This document shows, piece by piece, positions 26,629 through 33,869 of a stretch of 64,000 nucleotides of DNA. This DNA comes from a virus. Taxonomy: Duplodnaviria > Caudoviricetes. The stretch's first letter is position 1, and each line of letters begins with the position of its first letter. The position numbers and the translations under genes were made by a program. Below the pieces are notes generated by a model. The model saw only the letters and a program-made list of their open reading frames with translations, was not told where the DNA came from and searched no databases. The stretch is taken from positions 32,001 through 96,000 of the IMG/VR virus record IMGVR_UViG_3300028805_000056, one strand, 5' to 3'.

Positions 26629-26701
26629 TGGGGCAGGATGGAATCGAACCATCATCTAAGGATTTTCAGTCCTCCGCATTGACCACCTCTGCCACTGCCC
26701 C
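26629..26701 (-). tRNA. tRNA-Phe(GAA)
   Basis: GAGGA-CT-GAA-AA-TCCTT. Confidence 0.9.
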
Positions 26702-26708
26702 AATATTG

Positions 26709-26784
26709 TCTACCCGATGGGACTCGAACCCATGACCCACGGATTAAAAGTCCGTTGCTCTATAACCTACTGAGCTACGGGTAG
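26709..26784 (-). tRNA. tRNA-Lys(UUU)
   Basis: ACGGA-CT-TTT-AA-TCCGT. Confidence 0.92.
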
Positions 26785-26796
26785 GTTTTCCTTACG

Positions 26797-26870
26797 AGGG
26801 CAGAGTGAGAATCGAACTCACGAATCGTAGGTTTTGCAGACCGCGCCATTAACCGCTTTGGTATCTGCCC
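26797..26870 (-). tRNA. tRNA-Cys(GCA)
   Basis: U73; GGT-CT-GCA-AA-ACC; upper anticodon stem mismatched. Confidence 0.85.
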
Positions 26871-26877
26871 GTTTTTG

Positions 26878-26951
26878 TGGGCTTGGTAGGGTTCGAACCT
26901 ACGACTTCCATCGTATCAGAATGGCACTCTAACCAACTGAGTTACAAGCCC
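26878..26951 (-). tRNA. tRNA-Ile(GAU)
   Basis: CCATT-CT-GAT-AC-GATGG. Confidence 0.9.
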
Positions 26952-26954
26952 GAT

Positions 26955-27004
26955 AAAAAAGAAAAAAGGCTGTCGTTTTCCGAATGGTTCACAACAGCCT
27001 TTTT
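26955..27004 (-). terminator. Intrinsic terminator (attenuator) immediately upstream of the tRNA array
   Basis: AGGCTGTTGT/ACGACAGCCT stem followed by TTTTTCTTTTTT. Confidence 0.85.
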
Positions 27005-27037
27005 GGTAAATTATATGTATAAACTTAAATGTTCCCA

Positions 27038-27148
27038 CTATATACTGTCTATGAACCCTTCACTTCCGACAAAACAAATATCGAACCACTTGCTATCATA
27101 CGCGAGTGATTTATTATCAATACTATTATGTTTTGCAAAATTCATCAT
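27038..27148 (-). CDS. Putative 36-aa attenuator leader peptide
   Basis: MMNFAKHNSIDNKSLAYDSKWFDICFVGSEGFIDSI*; its 3' end can pair with the terminator 5' arm; TATTTAT at 27191-27197 upstream. Confidence 0.7.
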   Translation of the reverse strand: MMNFAKHNSIDNKSLAYDSKWFDICFVGSEGFIDSI

Positions 27149-27229
27149 AATTGAATAGTTCTTAAAACAGTTTTTATCTTTTTTTCTTTTATAAATATAT
27201 CTTTATTTTAAAAAGTACATTTTTTTTTG

Positions 27230-27303
27230 TGCGATATCGTGGAGTCGAACCACAATTTTTGTCCTGATGACAAGACAATGTTCTTCCATTGAACTAAAAT
27301 CGC
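27230..27303 (-). tRNA. tRNA-like gene with an enlarged anticodon arm (identity undetermined)
   Basis: Acceptor, D and T arms intact; TTGTC-TTGTCATCAG-GACAA (10-nt loop, or an 8-bp stem with a TCAT loop). Confidence 0.6.
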
Positions 27304-27473
27304 AAATTGGGGAGATTTGGAGCTATCACGCCATCACTGACGTTTAGTGTTCATTAATCATAATTCGGACTCCCCATTCAAGGTTTCCCTTTTCCTTGCC
27401 GATCATCCGTGACGTTGGTTGTCCGATGATTTTCGCTCTTCTATTTTTCCAACTTCAAGCGACTGGTGTGACG

Positions 27474-27534
27474 TGACCCATCCGTGACTCGAACACGGGG
27501 AAACTTGTGCTCTATCCAACTGAGCTAATGAGCC
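27474..27534 (-). pseudogene. tRNA lacking the 3' half of the anticodon arm (Arg-CCN-like remnant)
   Basis: GGCTCAT/ATGGGTC, intact D and T arms, only ACAAGTTTCC between them. Confidence 0.7.
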
Positions 27535-27553
27535 AATACAAATATACACTTTT

Positions 27554-28855
27554 TTATTTTATAAATCCATACTTGTTATCATTTTTTTTCGTTGAATCTA
27601 TGAAATTTTCAATTGCATCATTTCTTAAAAGCATATTTTCACTTATACTTGAGTCAATCGACACATTTTTCATTTTCCTACACCGACTAAGTGCGGTATA
27701 TAATTGTCCCGTTTGGAATATTTCCTTAATATGCAAGACAACGTGATCAAATGTGAGTCCCTGACTCTTGTGAATTGTAATGGCATATGCGAGTGTCAGT
27801 GGAAATTGTGTGCATGTTCCTGTACATACCCTATTCACAACCGTATTCATTTTTTCATCCACCTTCACCTCATACTTGTAACTTTCCCACTCGTTCGGAT
27901 AAATAGCAACCTTTTTTCCTTCATCCGTCAATACCGTGATAACCTCTGAAGTTATTTTATCCACAACACCAAGTGTTCCGTTATAGTACTGTCCTACGTC
28001 GCCGTCATTCTTTGTGATCATAACTCTCGCGCCGACTCTCAGTTTCAGTTCGAGATCACAATTTGCGCTCTTCGGATTGAAATCACCTGTAAGTGTTGCC
28101 TTAAAAACATGTGTTGGTTTACCAAGTTTCTTTTGGTTGAATGTATCAGCAACACTTCTTAATGCACAAAGATGAATAGCATTCTTGCTTGGTTTGTTAT
28201 TATTAAGCATTTCCTCTATCCACATCTTTGATTTGTCTGTCAACTTTCCATTTCTGACATTGTTAAGGAGGGAAATGAAGTTCTTATCCTTTTGTCTGAA
28301 TATCTCGGATAGTTCTATCATTTCAAATTCCGTGTTTTTAAATACATTTGCATTGAAGAAATAGAAATTGTCATAGAATTCACTTAACACATTTGCCTCG
28401 TCTGTTGTTACCACGGGTGGAAGTTGCATCATATCACCGAACATAAGAACCTGTAGACCACCGAATGGCTTTTTACACTTTCTTGCGGCACGAAGTCTCC
28501 TATCAATGGCATCCATAAGGTCGCATCGTACCATTGATATTTCATCAATGATGAGAACCTTGGCGTATTTAAGAACGTTTCTCTTGTTTACCGGTAGTCT
28601 CCATTCAAGTTTTTTATCTGGCTCGATGACACCGATAGGCAGGGAGAACATGCTGTGTATAGTAACACCACCCGCATTGATTGCTGCCACACCCGTGGGT
28701 GCTACGATTACCCCTGATAGACTGAAACGCTCCTGTAAAAGTTTTAGGAATGTTGTTTTACCACTTCCCGCCTTTCCTGTTATAAATAAATTCTTACCCT
28801 GATCAATAAGGTCAAGGGCAGTTTTCATTTCCTCTGTAATGACTATATTTTCCAT
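27554..28855 (-). CDS. PIF1-family SF1B helicase
   Basis: GKAGSGKT, APTGVAA, IIDEISM, FGDMMQLPPV, AITIHKSQGLT, YTALSR. Confidence 0.92.
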   Translation of the reverse strand: MENIVITEEMKTALDLIDQGKNLFITGKAGSGKTTFLKLLQERFSLSGVIVAPTGVAAINAGGVTIHSMFSLPIGVIEPDKKLEWRLPVNKRNVLKYAKVLIIDEISMVRCDLMDAIDRRLRAARKCKKPFGGLQVLMFGDMMQLPPVVTTDEANVLSEFYDNFYFFNANVFKNTEFEMIELSEIFRQKDKNFISLLNNVRNGKLTDKSKMWIEEMLNNNKPSKNAIHLCALRSVADTFNQKKLGKPTHVFKATLTGDFNPKSANCDLELKLRVGARVMITKNDGDVGQYYNGTLGVVDKITSEVITVLTDEGKKVAIYPNEWESYKYEVKVDEKMNTVVNRVCTGTCTQFPLTLAYAITIHKSQGLTFDHVVLHIKEIFQTGQLYTALSRCRKMKNVSIDSSISENMLLRNDAIENFIDSTKKNDNKYGFIK

Positions 28856-28887
28856 ATTTCAAATATACAAAAAAACCGCCCATTTTG

Positions 28888-28969
28888 TATCCCCTCTCAG
28901 ATTCGAACTGAGACCCAATTAAGGAACCGCTTTTGAGACGGTCGCGTCTACCAATTCCGCCAAGGGGAT
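28888..28969 (-). tRNA. tRNA-Leu(CAA)
   Basis: ACCGT-CT-CAA-AA-GCGGT; variable arm. Confidence 0.92.
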
Positions 28970-29104
28970 ATTATACATTCTCTATATAGGAGGCGCTTTT
29001 TTAATGAGCAACTGCAATAATCTCATCCTATAGTCTTAGAGAATGTTTTTAATATGGTTTCTTGTACGGGTCAAACTCATATCCTAAACTACGTGCAGTA
29101 TTCG

Positions 29105-29177
29105 TACCCAGAGAAGGACTCGAACCCTCATCATGGCATCCGTAGTGCCGTATTCTAATCCATTGAACTATCTGGGT
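29105..29177 (-). tRNA. tRNA-Arg(ACG)
   Basis: GGCA-CT-ACG-GA-TGCC. Confidence 0.88.
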
Positions 29178-29197
29178 ATGCCTATTGTAAATACGTC

Positions 29198-29767
29198 TTA
29201 TTGGTAATTTTCGTCTTGAATGATACCGAACTTGTGGAAATACCTCAATGGTCTCCATTTATGACCATTAACATAGAAGCCCCATTTATGTCTTGGTCTT
29301 CCCTCGAACATCAATGTCCAAGCACCACCCTTGGGAATAGAAAGATAATGTCTATCTTCTGCTTTTGAGAACCAAATTGAACGGTTCATATGGAAGAAGT
29401 TGTGCCAAGAATTAAAAATTCCTTCAACATAGCATTCTTTTTGATTTATGGTATGGCAAGCCAAGTCATATTTATCAAACTCGGTTTCATTCTTGAATTG
29501 AACCAATTCATTGGGATTCTTATCTGGGTCAATTGGTTTTACGTTCCAATATTTCCCTTTCAGAACAATGCTCAACAAATCAGAACTATGGTCATGAAAG
29601 AACCTGTTATCATCGGATTTAATCCAATGGTGGATTCTCATTGAATAGCCAAAGAAGATGAATGTCCAACGAATAAGGTATGGATTATCCTCATATCCGA
29701 TTTTTTCTTTCCATCTGATTTGGAACTTCTTGAATTGTTTCAGATTTGTGGAACCTTTCATATTCAA
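29198..29767 (-). CDS. Cupin-like phage protein
   Basis: RIHHWIKSDDNRFFHDH...SIVLKGKY...RH...WTL...WGF motif pattern. Confidence 0.55.
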   Translation of the reverse strand: MNMKGSTNLKQFKKFQIRWKEKIGYEDNPYLIRWTFIFFGYSMRIHHWIKSDDNRFFHDHSSDLLSIVLKGKYWNVKPIDPDKNPNELVQFKNETEFDKYDLACHTINQKECYVEGIFNSWHNFFHMNRSIWFSKAEDRHYLSIPKGGAWTLMFEGRPRHKWGFYVNGHKWRPLRYFHKFGIIQDENYQ

Positions 29768-29786
29768 ATTTTGTTTTTAAGTTTTG

Positions 29787-29976
29787 TCAACGGGGAAGGA
29801 TTCGAACCCCCATACTTCATTGCCAATACATTGCCCTATAGAATGCTCTTATTGACAATTCCGTGCTGTCTCAGCCCCAACCATGTATTAGGTGTGTCTC
29901 TCCCGTCGTCACGGAATCGTTTCCATCGTCATGGAAACACCTACGATTGTGCTCTTCCTATTTGAGCTACCCGTTG
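29787..29976 (-). ncRNA. 190-nt tRNA-like RNA with a large structured insert replacing the anticodon arm
   Basis: CAACGGG/CCCGTTG-A acceptor; D-arm GCTC/GAGC; T-arm GGGGG-TTCGAAT-CCTTC; ~135-nt internal domain. Confidence 0.7.
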
Positions 29977-29985
29977 TTTATTTTG

Positions 29986-30648
29986 TGCGCAAGTCGGGAC
30001 TCGAACCCGAACGGGCATAATGCCCAGCAGATTTTCCTGCTACTCTATGTTACCATAGCCAAACAATGAGTGATGCTGGACAATAATATTTCTGCATTAT
30101 TTCAGCAGGCACCATTTTAACGTCCTATAGTCTATTGTTTGTTGTAGTCTGGAACATATCATTACCATATTGAAATTCTTCGAAGTAGGAAGCATCAGTT
30201 TTTTTTTAACTTTCTTATATATTCAATCATTATCGAAATAACATGTATTTTCTTACTGAAGTGATATATTACTTTTCTTCCAATTTCAACTTAGGTATCT
30301 CCTCTATGTCCTCTACACATTTATGAGAATCTTTCATCCTTTCTCAAGGGCTATCTTCTTCCATTTTATTGATAGCATCTTCTCAATTTAGCTCGGTATT
30401 ATCCTTACACATTATTGGTTAGTGTTTAATACTTTGGACAAGCAGTCTGATACCAATCACATTTAACTTTCTCTTCTCTATGACTAAGAGTGTGAATCTA
30501 ATATTGAGCCTGATATATTACAACCATATTTTTCTTTGGCAATTAATTAAAAGGACTTCCACCGAATTAGGGAGATTCTACTATGGGATTTCTCGCCATA
30601 GCACTCAATTTAATAAGTCTGCCGCGTCTACCATTCCGCCACAAGCGC
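29986..30648 (-). tRNA. tRNA-Leu(UAA) interrupted by a group I intron (exons 30615-30648 and 29986-30035)
   Basis: Spliced arm GCAGA-CT-T|AA-AA-TCTGC; Leu-type D-arm and variable arm; A73. Confidence 0.88.
30036..30614 (-). ncRNA. Group I intron (IC3-like), 579 nt, no ORF
   Basis: P1 CUUA/UGAG with U.G; core blocks nearly identical to the Ser intron; ends in G. Confidence 0.88.
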
Positions 30649-30673
30649 ATACATTATTTCAAAGAACATTTTG

Positions 30674-30747
30674 TGGGCCTTGAGGGGCTTGAACCCACGA
30701 CCTTCAGATTATGAGTCTGCTGCTCTAACCAACTGAGCTAAAGGCCC
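30674..30747 (-). tRNA. tRNA with CAU anticodon, Ile2 (lysidine)-like
   Basis: GGGCCTT acceptor; CAGA-CT-CAT-AA-TCTG. Confidence 0.85.
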
Positions 30748-30776
30748 TATGATTTACTTTTATTTTTATTTATTTG

Positions 30777-30848
30777 TAGGGGGTAACTGAGTCAAACAGT
30801 TTCCTTCAGAGCCAAAATCTGACGTGGCTATCGCTACACCAACCCCCT
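30777..30848 (-). tRNA. tRNA-Gln(UUG)
   Basis: TCAGA-TT-TTG-GC-TCTGA; divergent D and T loops. Confidence 0.8.
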
Positions 30849-30876
30849 TTATAATTCATTGTTGTTTTTCATTTAA

Positions 30877-31088
30877 AAAGTTTCCTACATCTGTCTTAGA
30901 GCTATTAACCAAGTCGCCTTTCGGATACGGTGCAGATTCTCACTGCTTTTCTCTTTCACAGTCTCCATCACGTTGCTTTACGTACCTATGACCTCAATTA
31001 CGTGTTTGCCACTACAAGGTCTTCCAACTGTCAATTCAGTATTCCCATAGAAAGTTCTTATTGAATCACTTTCAGCCTCGGAAACTTT
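30877..31088 (-). ncRNA. Unassigned ~210-nt structured RNA
   Basis: 9-bp closing stem AAAGTTTCC/GGAAACTTT; T-loop-like GCAG-TGAGAAT-CTGC; CC-GAAA-GG; begins just after a promoter. Confidence 0.5.
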
Positions 31089-31132
31089 ATGTCATTTAAC
31101 ATCCGCTGATGTTTTCATTTTCATTTCTGCTG

Positions 31133-31164
31133 CAAATGTACGACAATTTTTTGAAATGGCCAAA
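31133..31164 (-). promoter_or_regulatory. Bacteroidota sigma70-type promoter
   Basis: TTTG-N20-TACATTTG. Confidence 0.85.
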
Positions 31165-31168
31165 TTTT

Positions 31169-31408
31169 TCACAGAAAATTTTCGGATATTTCAATTTTCT
31201 TAAAATATGCGTCAGGATGTTCTTCCTTATATTCTATGTCCTTGATTATCCCTTCTGACAGACACATACAGAATTCGATATTATTTAGGTCGTCGGCAAG
31301 TCTGTCACATTCATCAGATAATTCACATAAGTCACAAGACCCGTTTGTTCCATTACCGTTCCAATCATTAAGATAAAATCCGTGAAAAAATCTATTCTTG
31401 TCAATCAT
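31169..31408 (-). CDS. Small Cys-rich hypothetical protein
   Basis: 79 aa; CDLC...C...C. Confidence 0.6.
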   Translation of the reverse strand: MIDKNRFFHGFYLNDWNGNGTNGSCDLCELSDECDRLADDLNNIEFCMCLSEGIIKDIEYKEEHPDAYFKKIEISENFL

Positions 31409-31412
31409 ATCC

Positions 31413-31619
31413 TTATTTAGAAATGGTTAAGTCTTCTTTATCTGTCTTACTTACAAACTGATCAATATCAAGGGTTTTACAACTTGAAATGATGGCATCG
31501 GAATCAATATATGAATAGACCTTTATTGTGTTATTTTCACCATCCCACACATATTGTCTTCCGTTGTTGTCATATACCTTCTTACCTTCTTTAAGGGCAT
31601 TTACATAGATATTATCCAT
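31413..31619 (-). CDS. Hypothetical protein
   Basis: 68 aa, operonic. Confidence 0.6.
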   Translation of the reverse strand: MDNIYVNALKEGKKVYDNNGRQYVWDGENNTIKVYSYIDSDAIISSCKTLDIDQFVSKTDKEDLTISK

Positions 31620-32031
31620 ATAGTATTTCCTTTTTGTCTTTATCTGTTGATGCTATGTTCTTACCGATTTCATCCTGCACTTGAATGTTGTTCCAAATGA
31701 AGATAAGGAACATTGAATTGAGTTTTGACAATGGCTTTCCATCAATTGTGGTATCATCCTTTATCATTATCACCTGATAACCACTGTTCCTATATTTCTC
31801 GACAATACTCGGAACAAACTTTTCCTTGTCAACATCAATTTCAAACATAGCACAGTACTTTCCACATTCACACTTGTACTTGATGCCGCTCTTGATTTCA
31901 TCGAACAAGTTTTTCATCAACTCTTCATCAGTGTACTCCTTACCATATTTTGATCTGAAATAAGAGTCTCTTGCTGAAACAATCCTGTCCTTCTTTGTGG
32001 ATGTAAATGATTCAAAAATTTTAGTATTCAT
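31612..32031 (-). CDS. Hypothetical protein
   Basis: 139 aa; TATATTTG upstream. Confidence 0.7.
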   Translation of the reverse strand: MNTKIFESFTSTKKDRIVSARDSYFRSKYGKEYTDEELMKNLFDEIKSGIKYKCECGKYCAMFEIDVDKEKFVPSIVEKYRNSGYQVIMIKDDTTIDGKPLSKLNSMFLIFIWNNIQVQDEIGKNIASTDKDKKEILYG

Positions 32032-32126
32032 TTTTTTCTTTTACTTTTTAAGTTTTTGTCTTTCTTCTCCAAATATACAAAAAAAAATGGGGAACCGTGA
32101 GTGTGGTTCCCCATAACAAACAATCA

Positions 32127-32714
32127 TTAGCCCATTCGCCTTAATAGGGAATGGAACCCCTCTGAAACCTCCTCCTTTCCTGATAACCGTCTGAATACGA
32201 CATCAGGTCTGTTATATTTTTCGTAATCCCAATCTTCTGGTGCATATTGATCATCCCACTTGCATCTGTCATACTCCGCAAAACCGTTTCTTTCATAGAA
32301 ATCAGATAGACAACCCTCGAAATGATCAAGTTGTGTACCACCGTTGTTCTTTGCGGATGTCATAAGACTATTCACAACACCCTTGATATTAGGCTCGTTA
32401 TTGTGGACGGATACAATATCTACATTACCGTCCTGCATTGGTATCAACGCATAGCCAATTTCAAAACCTCTCAATTGATATGTCGTGGCATTCATCTTTT
32501 TGAAATCCTCAGGTGTGTATTTTGTCAGGAAACCGGGATGCTTGCTATGCTTTATATCCTCGCAGAATCTTGGATAGTCATTAACAACCCAACACTGCTC
32601 AGATTCTATCATCTCCCTAACCTTCTCGGATAATTCCGCATCACCGTCTTGCATCGAGTCATTCTGTACCTGTTCCCATAGACTGAACGCTTCAAGTATC
32701 TGTTCGTTAATCAT
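32127..32714 (-). CDS. Hypothetical, possible GNAT-like fold
   Basis: DIVSVHN...LMTSAKNNGG...DFYERNGF pattern. Confidence 0.5.
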   Translation of the reverse strand: MINEQILEAFSLWEQVQNDSMQDGDAELSEKVREMIESEQCWVVNDYPRFCEDIKHSKHPGFLTKYTPEDFKKMNATTYQLRGFEIGYALIPMQDGNVDIVSVHNNEPNIKGVVNSLMTSAKNNGGTQLDHFEGCLSDFYERNGFAEYDRCKWDDQYAPEDWDYEKYNRPDVVFRRLSGKEEVSEGFHSLLRRMG

Positions 32715-33402
32715 TTTTTTCTTCTTCTATTTCTTTCCCTAATAAATAGTCATACACTTTATTAATTGTGCGTTTTAGAAGGAAAAAATAGTCAGGAATT
32801 GGATTCAGTGTTGTCTCATTCATATAAATTCTCTTGTTCACCTCTATCATAATCGAGTGATATTTCTTGTCACTCTTTGGTGAAATCGAATTTGAATATG
32901 GATTATTGATGGAGACAAGATAACCCTCATCCTCGAATATGGTACATATCTTATCAATGGTTTCCTCATCAGGTCGTGTTTCATCGTCGTTGACACCGAT
33001 ACAGATATCCACATTTGACTCCGTTGATGGGAAGGAGTGGCAATCTATCAGCATTGTGTTATCCACAATTGGGGTTGCAAGCATTGAATTGTGTATCTCA
33101 TACCAACGCAGGATGTCAAGTTTCAATTTTTCATCAACATCGCGTTCGAAACCACCGAACTTATAATAGATTATACCTCTACCCTCCTTCTCCAAGGGGT
33201 CATTGACAAGGCGTTCGACATCACAGAAGAAACGGGAGAATGGGAAACGAACCATAGTGGCACGCTCATTCTGAAAAAGGATGTCAGTGTGCCAATCGGT
33301 CCATTCCTTCACGACATGAAACATATTTAAACAACCCTTCCATCCCTCATAACAGCGTTCTATGGAAGAATGCGGTACGTTTAATACAATCTTGTCATAC
33401 AT
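32707..33402 (-). CDS. N-formylglutamate amidohydrolase family
   Basis: NVPHSS, TDWHTD, SRFFCDVER, IDCHSF, INNPYS, SIMIEVNK. Confidence 0.88.
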   Translation of the reverse strand: MYDKIVLNVPHSSIERCYEGWKGCLNMFHVVKEWTDWHTDILFQNERATMVRFPFSRFFCDVERLVNDPLEKEGRGIIYYKFGGFERDVDEKLKLDILRWYEIHNSMLATPIVDNTMLIDCHSFPSTESNVDICIGVNDDETRPDEETIDKICTIFEDEGYLVSINNPYSNSISPKSDKKYHSIMIEVNKRIYMNETTLNPIPDYFFLLKRTINKVYDYLLGKEIEEEKND

Positions 33403-33405
33403 CTC

Positions 33406-33783
33406 CTATCGGTTCATTTTCACGAGAATGTTTCTCTTTATTTTTGAAGGTATTTCACTCTCGTTCTTGAGAACCTCACGAATCTGACTGTATGCCTCCT
33501 CATACATAGCCATTGTCGGCTTCTCATAACGCTCACCGGGTTGTCTGCGGTTGCTCTTGTTGTAATCATACATATAGAGGTATCCGTCCTCCATATTGAT
33601 CTTTACGGAATGCAACCACATGTTCGAGGTGTCACGTTTCTTCCACTTGTTGTAGTTAGACAGTGAAATACTGCGAAGGCCACGGGTCTTCATAATCTCC
33701 TTGATTGTACCACGGATTTCCTCCTTGTGGTAATCCTGACGCGCTTTAGTGCTCATAAACAAATTTTTTAAAAAGTTAAACAT
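33406..33783 (-). CDS. Hypothetical protein
   Basis: 125 aa; TATCTTTG upstream. Confidence 0.7.
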   Translation of the reverse strand: MFNFLKNLFMSTKARQDYHKEEIRGTIKEIMKTRGLRSISLSNYNKWKKRDTSNMWLHSVKINMEDGYLYMYDYNKSNRRQPGERYEKPTMAMYEEAYSQIREVLKNESEIPSKIKRNILVKMNR

Positions 33784-33869
33784 TAAACTTGGTCTTTATT
33801 ATCTCAATACAAAGATACAAAAAAAAACTCGAAAATGAGGCAAAAACAGGTTTATTATAGTATATATAG

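Noticed and set aside
28976-29045. Hairpin between tRNA-Arg(ACG) and tRNA-Leu(CAA) as a ribozyme
   Set aside because: The stem is real, but no hammerhead, twister or pistol consensus was recognised
29787-29976. tmRNA
   Set aside because: No G3.U70, it has a full D-stem, it is too short, and there is no evident tag frame
11227-30614. Homing endonuclease ORFs inside the two introns
   Set aside because: No sense-strand ORF of 60 aa or more in either intron
24367-30683. Track ORFs overlapping tRNA genes (e.g. 24367+, 26205-, 26497+, 26877+, 29049-, 29720+, 29863+, 30480+)
   Set aside because: Shadow frames produced by structured RNA sequence
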